Source: Candidatus Enterousia avistercoris (GTDB taxonomy: Bacteria; Pseudomonadota; Alphaproteobacteria; Rs-D84). From it: 61,544 nt of DNA. Positions 46,079-55,914 of this stretch are shown here, one piece after another. The DNA is taken from the NCBI GenBank assembly GCA_017694255.1, contig JADINC010000023.1, positions 1-61,544 of the forward strand, read 5' to 3'. The notes under the pieces were generated by a model. The model made no database searches. It had not been told where the DNA came from and was given only the letters and a program-made list of their open reading frames with translations. Each line of letters starts with the position of its first letter. Within the stretch, counting starts at the first letter, position 1. The position numbers were made by a program, and so were the translations under genes.

Positions 46079-46624
46079 ATGCAAGAAATCTTAATACTAT
46101 CTGGACTGGGCGTTATTTTGGCACTGTGCATATGCACAACAGTATTTGTATACGGCATAAATTCACGCCTGCGTGATATAACCCGAACATTAACCCATCA
46201 ATATAACCTGATTGTTAAAATACAATCTGTGCTAAAAAACAAATCTGCAACGAATACGGTTGCCGAAAACGCAGAAATGATATACCAAGATTTATTACAA
46301 AACCTGATACCAATTATGGCAGCAATTGATGTTATGCCCCGCAACACAAACGAACACCCACTATGGCGCGCATTGGGTGGAATAATGGACGAATATGCAA
46401 AAAATCCATTTGCACTGGAAAAATTGCGTCGCTGTATTAAACTGGACGCCGAAGTCGCCCGCAGTGTTGATAACTATATGAATCGTGCCGACGGATTTTT
46501 ACATCACATAACAACAAATGATTCTGATGGAATTCTGGCATCAACATTCACAGATGGCCTGTTGGGTCAATCATTAACATTTTTCACCCAGGCAAAGCAA
46601 CTGGCATCACAAACAAACGATTAA
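46079..46624 (+). CDS. Hypothetical membrane-anchored protein
   Basis: One N-terminal TM segment (ILILSGLGVILALCICTTVFVYGI). No recognised motif. Confidence 0.5.
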   Translation: MQEILILSGLGVILALCICTTVFVYGINSRLRDITRTLTHQYNLIVKIQSVLKNKSATNTVAENAEMIYQDLLQNLIPIMAAIDVMPRNTNEHPLWRALGGIMDEYAKNPFALEKLRRCIKLDAEVARSVDNYMNRADGFLHHITTNDSDGILASTFTDGLLGQSLTFFTQAKQLASQTND

Positions 46625-46632
46625 ACAACTAA

Positions 46633-47958
46633 ATGACACAGTTAACAGAAAATGTTATTCGCGAAATATCCGTGCGCCGTTCTGAACCTGAATGGTTATT
46701 GGAATGGCGTTTGATGGCATTTGCAGCATGGAAAAAAATGCATGAACCACATTGGGGCGAAATCGACTATGCACCAATTGATTATGATGCATTAAATTAT
46801 TATAACGAACGCGCCCCCATTGATAATTCTGATTTAAAATCAACATACGAACGAATGGGATTGCCTGAAAACGAACAACGGGCCTTGTTAGGCATGGCAA
46901 CCGATACGGTTATAGACAGTCGTTCCGTACACACATCATACACAGACGAATTAAACAGACTGGGCATAATATTTTTGCCATTTTCTGACGCCGTGAACCA
47001 GTACCCTGATTTAGTAAAAAAATATTTGGGCACCGTCGTACCGGCAACAGACAACTTTTTCGCGGCCCTGAACGCGGCTGTATTTTCAGACGGTACATTT
47101 GTATACATTCCGCCCCAAACAAAATGCCCTATTGATCTGGCCAGTTATTTCAGAATCGAAACCGCAAAGATCGGCCAATTTGAACGCACATTAATAATTG
47201 CCGACACTGGCGCCGAACTTAGTTATATGGAAGGTTGCTCTGCCCCGCGCCGTCCAAACCATCAATTGCACAGTGGGGTTGTTGAAATAATTGTGCACGA
47301 AAATGCAACGGTAAAATATGCAACGGTCCAGAACTGGTATGCGGGCGATTTTTCGAAAAAATCTGGTGGCGGTATATTAAATTTTGTAACCAAACGTGGT
47401 CGCTGTGATAAAAATGCGCGCCTGGACTGGACCCAGGTTGAAATTGGTTCTGCCATGACATGGAAATATCCATCAACAATATTGGCGGGCGACGGCGCAA
47501 AATCTGATTTTTATTCACTGTCCATAACGCGCGGCACGCAACAGGCCGACACCGGTACAAAAATGATTCACATTGGCAACAATACCATATCAAACATTGT
47601 ATCATATGGTGTTGCCCTGGATACATCGCGCCAAACATTCCGCAGTTTGGTCAGTTTTAGTGCCACGGGCGGAAAAAATGCATCTAAATGCGACACCCGT
47701 TTAATTGGCGATCGTGCAATTGCAAACACATTGCCAACAATTATTCACGGCAATGGCGAAAACACACAAAGCCACGAAGCCACCACCGGCACAATTGATG
47801 CCGCCCAATTACAATTCTTGATGCAATCTGGAATCAGTGCTGATGAATCAATCGCTTTGATTATTGGCGCCAGTGCCGCCCCAATTATATCACGTCTGCC
47901 TATGGAATTTTTGGTTGAATCAAAGCAATTAATACAAATGGCATTGGAACACAATTAA
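46633..47958 (+). CDS. sufB: Fe-S cluster assembly scaffold SufB
   Basis: FERTLIIAD.GAELSYMEGCSAP, VEIIVHENA.VKY.TVQNW and HEATTG.ID..QLQFLMQSGIS..E motifs. Confidence 0.9.
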   Translation: MTQLTENVIREISVRRSEPEWLLEWRLMAFAAWKKMHEPHWGEIDYAPIDYDALNYYNERAPIDNSDLKSTYERMGLPENEQRALLGMATDTVIDSRSVHTSYTDELNRLGIIFLPFSDAVNQYPDLVKKYLGTVVPATDNFFAALNAAVFSDGTFVYIPPQTKCPIDLASYFRIETAKIGQFERTLIIADTGAELSYMEGCSAPRRPNHQLHSGVVEIIVHENATVKYATVQNWYAGDFSKKSGGGILNFVTKRGRCDKNARLDWTQVEIGSAMTWKYPSTILAGDGAKSDFYSLSITRGTQQADTGTKMIHIGNNTISNIVSYGVALDTSRQTFRSLVSFSATGGKNASKCDTRLIGDRAIANTLPTIIHGNGENTQSHEATTGTIDAAQLQFLMQSGISADESIALIIGASAAPIISRLPMEFLVESKQLIQMALEHN

Positions 47959-47974
47959 TAAATGGATACAAAAT

Positions 47975-48655
47975 ATGTTGCTGGAAATAAAAAATTTATC
48001 TGTTTCACTGGACACCAAGGCATTGTTATCAGACATAAACATGTCAATTTCCCATGGCGCCCGTCATTTACTGGCCGGACATAATGGTTCTGGTAAATCT
48101 ACATTGGCGGCAACCATCGCCGGCAACCCAGAATACACAATTAACAGTGGCCAGATTATTTTTGATGGTCGCGATATAACAACAGAAAACACAACCACAC
48201 GCGCATTATTGGGGATATTTCTGGGGGCCCAAAATGTACCAGAAATACCCGGCTTAACCATGCTTAGCTTTCTTAAACATTCTATTGCGGCACACAAACA
48301 TTTCGAAACTGGGCAGGATTTATCCATGGGCGAATTTTTAACAGAACTGGAAACAGCCCGCACAAAACTGGATATACCCAAAGAATGGCTAAACCGCAGT
48401 GTTAATGTCGGCTTTTCTGGTGGCGAACGAAAACGCCTGATGTTATTACAATTAATCATGACAAAACCCAAACTGGCCATATTGGACGAGCCTGACTCTG
48501 GCGCAGACGCCACCACGCAACAGCAAATTGCCGATACGATACACGAAATGTCCGATACGACGTTTTTGTTCATCAGCCATCAAAAGAACTTTACAGATAT
48601 GGTTCACCCGACCGACACAACTATTTTGTCCAATGGGAAAAATGTGATAGAATAA
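47975..48655 (+). CDS. sufC: Fe-S cluster assembly ATPase SufC
   Basis: LEIKNLSVS, Walker A GHNGSGKSTL, NPEY.I.SG.I.FDG.DI, the GFSGGERKR signature and ILDEPDSG. Confidence 0.9.
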   Translation: MLLEIKNLSVSLDTKALLSDINMSISHGARHLLAGHNGSGKSTLAATIAGNPEYTINSGQIIFDGRDITTENTTTRALLGIFLGAQNVPEIPGLTMLSFLKHSIAAHKHFETGQDLSMGEFLTELETARTKLDIPKEWLNRSVNVGFSGGERKRLMLLQLIMTKPKLAILDEPDSGADATTQQQIADTIHEMSDTTFLFISHQKNFTDMVHPTDTTILSNGKNVIE

Positions 48656-48695
48656 TCATGAATTTTTAATTCAAATTTTAAAAGGAAAGCCAAAC

Positions 48696-49562
48696 ATGAA
48701 AAAACAAAATCCAAAAACAATGAAAACATGGTTATTATGGAACCCGCTGAAATTTGTACTGTATTCGTGCCTAATCAGTCTGATTATAATGGCAATATTT
48801 TCACTGGCATTTCCAGAATCTGGCCCTGTGCTGTCTATGTTAATAATGCTGGGGTTTATGATTGCAATGGGTATAACATTCTGGCAAATACCGCGCGACA
48901 ACCTGGACCAGCGCAGTTTTGTTGCACTAACAAACGCCCAAATAGTAATCGGCGCACTTTTACTGGCGGCATTTGCGGCATTTATAACATTCCATTATGA
49001 TTGGATATTGTTAAAGATAATGTGGCTGGACACACATTCAAAATCATCCATGGCGTTGGTATTGATAATATCGTTTATATTGTTATTGTATATAATTGGT
49101 CTGTACGGCACCAGCATATATTTAAAATACCGTCGTTGTCGCACCATGGGCATCCGACCATGGAAAATCATATGTTCTATGCCACTGGGGTTTGCGCTGT
49201 TATGGGCCCCAGGATATATATTGTCCGACTTGCATAACCCAACCCCACTGGTCCAAATACGGCCAAAATGGTATTCAAAATTCACAAATTGGTTAATCAT
49301 GCGCCCATTAAGCATATGTATATCATTCATAGTTATTATTTCATGTTCGCGCATGTTTGTTGGTCCTGATTTAACAATTACCACCATTGCCCTAACAACA
49401 TTATTTGCAATATGGCTGGCGGTTGTTGGTGAAAAAAAGTTTCGTGCAAACATTGGCGACAAATACGCCACATTTGCCGTGATTGTAAACATCATTTTAC
49501 TGATAACATTTGCGATAGTAATTTCGCAATCACCACAACCAATACCAATGATTACACAGTAA
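48696..49562 (+). CDS. Hypothetical polytopic membrane protein
   Basis: 288 aa with at least 6 predicted TM segments. No recognised motif. Confidence 0.5.
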   Translation: MKKQNPKTMKTWLLWNPLKFVLYSCLISLIIMAIFSLAFPESGPVLSMLIMLGFMIAMGITFWQIPRDNLDQRSFVALTNAQIVIGALLLAAFAAFITFHYDWILLKIMWLDTHSKSSMALVLIISFILLLYIIGLYGTSIYLKYRRCRTMGIRPWKIICSMPLGFALLWAPGYILSDLHNPTPLVQIRPKWYSKFTNWLIMRPLSICISFIVIISCSRMFVGPDLTITTIALTTLFAIWLAVVGEKKFRANIGDKYATFAVIVNIILLITFAIVISQSPQPIPMITQ

Positions 49563-49607
49563 TAAAAAACGCGCTATGTACACGAAATCAACGTACAGGG
49601 GGAATTT

Positions 49608-50657
49608 ATGAACGGAATAATTTTATTTGCAGGCCTGATTTTATTTCTCTGGCTGGGGCGGTCAATTTTAATACCGTTATTGGTGGCAACATTTTTTTGG
49701 TATCTGATAAACGCGACCGCAACATACGTTCGAAAGCTATTTCCTTTTAATTCGGTCGCCGATCGCACATCACGACCAATTACTGCAAAAACGTTTGATT
49801 GGACGTCAAACATATTGGCCGTACTGGCAATGTGCGGACTGATATACTTCTTTGCCACACAAATCCAGCCGATGTTCCGCGAATTGGCCTTGGTGTTGCC
49901 AAACATTCAACATAAACTGGTAATATTTGGTAATTATTTATCCGAATCTATGGGCATTCATTTTGACGCCAGCATGATACCAAACGTCGCAAACATTGCG
50001 GCAAATATTGGTTCATCTGTTGCGGGCATCCTGACATCAACCGGCATGATATTAATATACATGATATTTATGTTCATAGAACAAAGCACATTCAACAAGA
50101 AATTTTCTGCACTGATTCCGAACAAACGTGAATATAAAAAGGCTCGCTTTATCATCGACAGCATTGACGATAATATGAAAAAATATTTATTTATGAAAAC
50201 ATTATTATCTGGCATCACGGGCATATTGTCGTATTTCTGGTTGCAAATGATAGGTGTTGAATTTGCCGGCATTTGGGCATTTATCGTATTTATCACCAGT
50301 TATATTCCAACAATTGGCGCAATTGTCGCATGTACATTACCGATACTGTATTCATTAATCACCGCCCCATCATTACAGCAACCATTGCTAACAGGTTTTG
50401 GGCTGATTGCATTACAAATCATATTCGGCAATATTCTGGAACCAAAATTCACAGGCAAGACATTAAATCTGTCAACATTAGCAATATTAATAAATCTGGT
50501 ATTTTGGGGAATGATTTGGGGTATTGCCGGCATGTTTTTCAGTGTGCCATTACTGGTGGCGATATTTATCACCACGGCCCAGTTCGATTCCACACGCTGG
50601 ATTGCCATATTATTATCTGCGGATGGCAAAATCCCAGACAAACGCGACGAAGAATAA
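49608..50657 (+). CDS. AI-2E family transporter (PerM/YhhT-like, UPF0118)
   Basis: Eight-TM layout with the family-typical C-terminal block NILEPKFTGKTLNLSTLAILINLVFWGMIWGIAGMFFSVPL. Confidence 0.75.
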   Translation: MNGIILFAGLILFLWLGRSILIPLLVATFFWYLINATATYVRKLFPFNSVADRTSRPITAKTFDWTSNILAVLAMCGLIYFFATQIQPMFRELALVLPNIQHKLVIFGNYLSESMGIHFDASMIPNVANIAANIGSSVAGILTSTGMILIYMIFMFIEQSTFNKKFSALIPNKREYKKARFIIDSIDDNMKKYLFMKTLLSGITGILSYFWLQMIGVEFAGIWAFIVFITSYIPTIGAIVACTLPILYSLITAPSLQQPLLTGFGLIALQIIFGNILEPKFTGKTLNLSTLAILINLVFWGMIWGIAGMFFSVPLLVAIFITTAQFDSTRWIAILLSADGKIPDKRDEE

Positions 50658-50690
50658 TCGCGCTGGATACATGAAATCTGGGATTTTTTA
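50656..50690 (+). repeat. Degenerate copy of the motif element (aatCGCGCTggaTaCATGAAATCtgggatttttt)
   Basis: Shares the A/T-rich flank, CGCGCT, CATGAAATC and a T-run with the elements at 58213..58249 and 59946..59983 (read as reverse complements). Confidence 0.6.
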
Positions 50691-51143
50691 ATTATGCAAT
50701 CGCCCCATAACGGCGATTGCGTTTTCTAAAATAACACGCGCAGATTCAGAATCTAATCCGCGTTTTATGTCAGAAATACGCACCCGACCCATATTTTCCT
50801 GGGCCGCCGCACTGGTCAATGTTTCATCTATAAAAACAATTGGCAAATCGACGTATGTGCACAATTCCGTGCCCCAGCGCCGAACCGCATCTGTTGTTTC
50901 AGACGCCGTTCCATCCATTCGCAGCGGCAACCCAATAACAATTCCAACCACATTTTCCGCCCGTGCCAAATCTGCAATTTGTTGCGCAACAGACGCCCCG
51001 GCTTGCCTGGTGATAATTGGTGGCCGCACAAAAACAAATTCACGCGATGCGTCCGACACCGCCACCCCCGTGCGACGGGCACCCCAATCAACCCCCATGA
51101 TACGCCCTGTGCGTGGAAAATCGTTGAAATTCGGCAAAATCAT
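50688..51143 (-). CDS. ruvX: Putative pre-16S rRNA nuclease / Holliday-junction-resolvase-like RuvX (YqgF)
   Basis: RIMGVDWGARRTGVAVSD...VGIVIGLPLRMDG..S......V..W...L......PIVFIDE.LTS. The ORF was trimmed from 51392 to the ATG at 51143. Confidence 0.85.
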   Translation of the reverse strand: MILPNFNDFPRTGRIMGVDWGARRTGVAVSDASREFVFVRPPIITRQAGASVAQQIADLARAENVVGIVIGLPLRMDGTASETTDAVRRWGTELCTYVDLPIVFIDETLTSAAAQENMGRVRISDIKRGLDSESARVILENAIAVMGRLHN

Positions 51144-51183
51144 TGTATAATTTCCCTTGATATTTTCAAGAATAGGACACGAC

Positions 51184-51477
51184 ATGGCATTTAGCAAGCA
51201 ACAATTACAAAAATTCGCTGATTTAATCAGAATTGATATCTCTGACGAAAAACTGGAACAAATGAATATCGATTCTGTTATTGAATGGTTGGACAAATTG
51301 CAAAAAATCGATACATCTGGCATTGAACCAATGTTAAACCCGGCGGAACATAAACTGCCCCGCCGTGCGGATGTGGTGACCGACGGCAACATTCGTGATG
51401 CCGTTTTGGCAAATGCCCCAGACCCCGCCGGTGTATCGCGCGGATACTTTGCTGTACCAAAAGTAATGGATGAATAA
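51184..51477 (+). CDS. gatC: Glu/Asp-tRNA amidotransferase subunit C
   Basis: LA.L.RI..S.EE......L..I..W...L...DT.G.EPM pattern, directly upstream of gatA. Confidence 0.85.
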   Translation: MAFSKQQLQKFADLIRIDISDEKLEQMNIDSVIEWLDKLQKIDTSGIEPMLNPAEHKLPRRADVVTDGNIRDAVLANAPDPAGVSRGYFAVPKVMDE

Positions 51478-51479
51478 CG

Positions 51480-52946
51480 ATGATAGATTTAACAATTACA
51501 GACGCACTGGAAAAATTAAAATCGCGTAAAATCAGCGCAACTGAACTAACACGCGCGCATTTGGAACGTATTGAAAAATACGGCGCGGATTTAAATTGCT
51601 ATATAACAACGACGCCTGAACGTGCCCTATCAGACGCGGCGGCGGCGGACGCACGCTATGCGGCGGGCAATCCCCTGCCGCTGGACGGCATCCCCATCGC
51701 GATGAAGGATTTATTTGCAACCCGCAACATTCGCACAACTGCGGCATCACACATGCTGGAAAATTTTGTTCCGCAATACGAATCGACTGTTTCGCAAAAA
51801 TTTATCGACGCGGGCACTGTATTGCTGGGCAAGACCAATCTGGACGAATTCGCCATGGGCACATTCAGCAAAACCAGTTATTTTGGCGCGCCCATCAATC
51901 CATGGCAAATGGAACGCAAATTAACCGCGGGCGGTTCATCCGGTGGCACGACCAGTGCGGTTGCATCTGGCCTGGCCATGGGTGGCACTGGCACTGACAC
52001 GGGCGGTTCGATTCGTTTCCCGGCGTCCATCACCGGCCTGGTCGGGATGAAGCCTACATACGGCCTGTGCAGTCGTTGGGGATGTGTTGCATTTGCATCC
52101 AGTCTGGATACACCGGGCCCAATTGCCCGCACAGTTGATGATGCCGCGTTATTATTAAGTGCCATGGCCGGCCATGATGACAAGGATTCAACCAGCGCGG
52201 ATGCCGAATTTCATGCACATACACCACTTTCACCAATTTTGGGTGATGGCAAAAAATTACGCATTGGTATAATCAAAGAATTTGCCGATGTCGAAATTTC
52301 ACCAGACATGAAGCGTATATTTGACGCACGTATTGCTGATTTAAAATCATTGGGTGCCGATGTAGTCGAAGTGTCAATTCCAAACGTTCTGGATGCATTG
52401 GCGGCATATTACATCATCGCCCCGGCCGAGGCATCGTCAAACCTGGCGCGCTATGACGGCATGCGTTATGGCCTGCGTGTGGATGGCGCTGATTTAATCG
52501 ACACGTATAAAAAGACACGTGCCGCCGGTTTCGGGACCGAAGTTCAACGCCGTATGATTATTGGCACAGCGGTTCTATCCAGCGAATCGTACGAGGTTTA
52601 TTTTATGCAGGCCGCACGCGTCCGTAGATTAATTGCCGATGCGTTTGACCGCGCATTCGCGCGGTGCGATTTAATCGTATGTCCGGCGGGCGCGGGTACG
52701 GCGCTACCGCTGAATTCTGATTTATCACCATTGGAATATTATGCGTTGGATTTATTCACGGTTGCGATGAACCTGGCCGGTATCCCGGCATGCAGTGTAC
52801 CGGCCGGTTTGGCCGAAAACGGATTACCACTGGGGGTCCAGGTTGTTGGTCGCCGCTTTGACGACATGCATGTAATGCAATTGGCCAAGCATATTGAGCA
52901 ATTCGCCGCCGTTGACAACCGTCCAACAAAAATAATGGGGAAATAA
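51480..52946 (+). CDS. gatA: Glu/Asp-tRNA amidotransferase subunit A
   Basis: Amidase signature GGSSGGTTSAVASGL..GGTGTDTGGSIR.PA. 488 aa. Confidence 0.95.
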   Translation: MIDLTITDALEKLKSRKISATELTRAHLERIEKYGADLNCYITTTPERALSDAAAADARYAAGNPLPLDGIPIAMKDLFATRNIRTTAASHMLENFVPQYESTVSQKFIDAGTVLLGKTNLDEFAMGTFSKTSYFGAPINPWQMERKLTAGGSSGGTTSAVASGLAMGGTGTDTGGSIRFPASITGLVGMKPTYGLCSRWGCVAFASSLDTPGPIARTVDDAALLLSAMAGHDDKDSTSADAEFHAHTPLSPILGDGKKLRIGIIKEFADVEISPDMKRIFDARIADLKSLGADVVEVSIPNVLDALAAYYIIAPAEASSNLARYDGMRYGLRVDGADLIDTYKKTRAAGFGTEVQRRMIIGTAVLSSESYEVYFMQAARVRRLIADAFDRAFARCDLIVCPAGAGTALPLNSDLSPLEYYALDLFTVAMNLAGIPACSVPAGLAENGLPLGVQVVGRRFDDMHVMQLAKHIEQFAAVDNRPTKIMGK

Positions 52947-52950
52947 AAAA

Positions 52951-53026
52951 TGGTGGCCAGAAGTGGAATCGAACCACTGACACAGGGATTTTCAGTCCCT
53001 TGCTCTACCAACTGAGCTATCTGGCC
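52951..53026 (-). tRNA. tRNA-Phe (anticodon GAA), CCA encoded
   Basis: The reverse complement GGCCAGATAGCTCAGTTGGTAGAGCAAGGGACTGAAAATCCCTGTGTCAGTGGTTCGATTCCACTTCTGGCCACCA folds by hand into a full cloverleaf (7/4/5/5-bp stems). Confidence 0.95.
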
Positions 53027-53079
53027 AACGTGAAACGAATAATAAAGTATCAAATGATAAAAAGCAAGGAAAAATAAAA

Positions 53080-54603
53080 ATGTTTACGATAAAGGGCAAA
53101 ACAACAGATTGGGAACTGGTTATCGGACTGGAAACGCATATAGAGGTTCTGTCCAACAGCAAACTGTTCAGTGGCGCGTCTGCGGACTATAACCCGACCA
53201 TATTCCCCAATACCCAGGTATCAATGGTTGACGTCGCCATGCCGGGTATGTTGCCGGTATTAAATGAATATTGTGTTGAACAGGCAATAAAAATGGGATT
53301 GGGACTGAACGCGGAAATATCCCGTCGCAGTAAATTTGCCCGTAAACAATATTTTTACCCCGACCTGCCCCAGGGATATCAAATTTCCCAACCAGCCGAA
53401 GAACCACCAATCGTTGGACGTGGCTGGGTTGAAATTATGGGTGATGATGGCAATCCAAAAAAGATTTTAATTGAACGCGCACATTTGGAACAAGACGCAG
53501 GAAAACTAAAACACGATGTGCACCCAACGAAATCATTTGCAGACTATAACAGAACTGGGGTCGCGTTGCTGGAAATCGTAACGTTTCTGGATACAAAAAA
53601 TCCAGAAAACAATTCATATATATCGTCCCCGGACGAAGCCGAACGCTATCTGCGCGAAATTCGTGAAATTGCGCGTGCCCTGGGCGTGTCCAAGGCAAAT
53701 ATGGAAGAAGGATCCATGCGTGCCGACGTTAATGTATCTGTGCGTCCCGTTGGCAGCAAAGAATTCCGCACTCGTACTGAAACAAAAAACATGGTGTCAT
53801 TTAAATTTATTAAATCCGCCATTGAATACGAGGCCCGCCGTCAAATCGAAATATACGAAAACGGTGGCACCGTGTCCCAGGACACAATGCGTTATTCCCA
53901 GGCTGATGGCACAACATCCGTCATGCGCAGCAAAGAAGACGCACTGGATTACCGTTATTTCCCGGACCCAGACCTGCTGCCACTGGAAATCAGCGCTGAA
54001 ACAATTGAACGAATTCGTGCCACCATGCCGGAACTGCCGGCGGCGACACGCGCGCGCTATGTGCATGATTTCGGGCTGTCTGAATATGATGCCGCGCGTT
54101 TAACTGAAACAACGGACATATCAAAATGGTTTGATGCTGCGGTTGGTAACAACCCAAAACGCGCGAAATCCATCGCGAATTGGATGATTTCTGAATTATT
54201 TGCGCACCCAGAAAATTGGGATACAAAAAACGCGCTGGATACATCTGAGCGCGGCACAGCGCGGATTATCACCCCATCTGATTTAGCTGAATTGGTCGAT
54301 ATGATTGCCGAAAACGCAATCAATGGAAAACAGGCCAAGGAAATATTTATCAAAATGCTGGACGGTGAAACTGGAACCCCACGCGAAATTGCCGAAAAAT
54401 TCGGTATGCAGCAAATTACGGATACCGCCGCAATCGAATCGGTTGTGGACGATATAATCGCCAAAAATGCGCCCCAGGTTGAACAATATAAATCTGGAAA
54501 AACAGGATTGCTCGGATTCTTTGTTGGTGCGGTTATGAAATCAACCGGTGGCCAGGCAAATCCAGCCGTGGTAAATGAAATCCTGCGTAAAAAATTAGGT
54601 TAA
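53080..54603 (+). CDS. gatB: Glu/Asp-tRNA amidotransferase subunit B
   Basis: W..VIGLE.H..L...SKLFSG, RKQYFYPDLPQGYQISQ and NRTG..LLEIV motifs with a C-terminal YqeY-like tail. Confidence 0.95.
   Translation: MFTIKGKTTDWELVIGLETHIEVLSNSKLFSGASADYNPTIFPNTQVSMVDVAMPGMLPVLNEYCVEQAIKMGLGLNAEISRRSKFARKQYFYPDLPQGYQISQPAEEPPIVGRGWVEIMGDDGNPKKILIERAHLEQDAGKLKHDVHPTKSFADYNRTGVALLEIVTFLDTKNPENNSYISSPDEAERYLREIREIARALGVSKANMEEGSMRADVNVSVRPVGSKEFRTRTETKNMVSFKFIKSAIEYEARRQIEIYENGGTVSQDTMRYSQADGTTSVMRSKEDALDYRYFPDPDLLPLEISAETIERIRATMPELPAATRARYVHDFGLSEYDAARLTETTDISKWFDAAVGNNPKRAKSIANWMISELFAHPENWDTKNALDTSERGTARIITPSDLAELVDMIAENAINGKQAKEIFIKMLDGETGTPREIAEKFGMQQITDTAAIESVVDDIIAKNAPQVEQYKSGKTGLLGFFVGAVMKSTGGQANPAVVNEILRKKLG
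54053..54065 (+). repeat. Exact copy of the 13-nt motif CGCGCTATGTGCA (inside gatB)
   Basis: cgcgctatgtgcatgatttc, coding for ARYVHDF. Confidence 0.95.
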
Positions 54604-54611
54604 ATCAAAAA

Positions 54612-55913
54612 ATGAAAAAATTTTTCATTCATACATTTGGCTGTCAAATGAATGTCTATGACGGGCAACGTATTGCGTCCATGCTGCGTGGCCGTGGATA
54701 CACCCAAACAGACAATTACACCGATGCAGATATCATTATATTAAACACATGCGCTGTCCGTGCCAAGGCAACAGATAAAGTATTCAGCGCACTGGGGCGC
54801 ATTCGCACAGAAAAAAAACCAGATGCACTGATGGGCATTGTCGGATGCGTGGCACGCGAATCGGGCGCAGATGCATTTCGCCGCGTACCAGAATTAAATT
54901 TCGTGCTGGGGCCACAAAGTTATCATAAATTACCGGAAATTTTGGAAAATCCAGATTCACGTCTGTTTAACATCGACCTGGGCGGATTGGAAAAATTCGA
55001 TGAAATGCCACAAATGGATGCATCCCCCGCGGTTGCATATATCCCAATCCAAGAAGGTTGCAATCATTGCTGTACATACTGTATTGTGCCGTACACACGC
55101 GGTCGCGAAATATCGCGCCCATTTGACGATGTCATGCGCGATACCATCCACGCCGCCAACACTGGGGCAATTGAAATATGCTTCTTGGGTCAAAATGTAA
55201 ATGGATATAAATACACGGACGAAAACGGCAAAATATACCGCTTGTCGGACTTAATTCGTGCCACCGCCAAACTGGACGCTATCAAAAGAATCCGTTTCAC
55301 ATCCAGCTATCCAACTGAAATGACAGATGACCTGATTGACATGTTCCGAACCGAAGCAAAATTGCTGCCTTTTTTAAACATGCCTATACAAAGCGGGTCG
55401 CCCAATGTATTGACAAAGATGAACCGTCCATACACACTGGATCTATATATAGATATAGTTGACAAATTAAAGTCTGCCCGAGACGATGTTCAGATATCCA
55501 GTGATTTTATTGTTGGGTTCCCTGGCGAAACCGATTCGGATTTTGAACAAACATTGGAAATCGCACGGCGCATAAAATATATCAATTCGTTTTCATTTAA
55601 ATATTCGCCCCGCCCGCACACGGCAGCGGCACTGATGCCGAACCAGATTCCTGAAAAAATCAAATCGGCGCGTCTGTACGAACTGGACGCATTGTTAAAT
55701 GAAATACAACGCGAATTTAATGAATCATGCATTGGACGTGAACTGGAATGCCTGTGCGATGGTACCGACAAAACGGGCAAATACACAATTTATCGCACAC
55801 CATATATGCAAACCTGCATTGTGCATATTCCCACAGATACCGCACCACAAATCGCAAAAATAAAAATCACTGCCGCGAACAAGGCGTCATTACGTGGCAC
55901 AGTGGTCAAATAA
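54612..55913 (+). CDS. miaB: tRNA-i6A37 methylthiotransferase MiaB (radical SAM MTTase)
   Basis: FIHTFGCQMNVYDGQRI (UPF0004 Cys triad), radical-SAM CNHCCTYCIVPYTRG and a C-terminal TRAM-like region. Confidence 0.85.
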   Translation: MKKFFIHTFGCQMNVYDGQRIASMLRGRGYTQTDNYTDADIIILNTCAVRAKATDKVFSALGRIRTEKKPDALMGIVGCVARESGADAFRRVPELNFVLGPQSYHKLPEILENPDSRLFNIDLGGLEKFDEMPQMDASPAVAYIPIQEGCNHCCTYCIVPYTRGREISRPFDDVMRDTIHAANTGAIEICFLGQNVNGYKYTDENGKIYRLSDLIRATAKLDAIKRIRFTSSYPTEMTDDLIDMFRTEAKLLPFLNMPIQSGSPNVLTKMNRPYTLDLYIDIVDKLKSARDDVQISSDFIVGFPGETDSDFEQTLEIARRIKYINSFSFKYSPRPHTAAALMPNQIPEKIKSARLYELDALLNEIQREFNESCIGRELECLCDGTDKTGKYTIYRTPYMQTCIVHIPTDTAPQIAKIKITAANKASLRGTVVK

Positions 55914-55914
55914 A

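Noticed and set aside
51144-51392. N-terminal 83-aa extension of the ruvX ORF
   Set aside because: The extension is low-complexity and Cys/Ser-rich, and it overlaps gatC on the opposite strand. The conserved RuvX sequence starts at the ATG at 51143.
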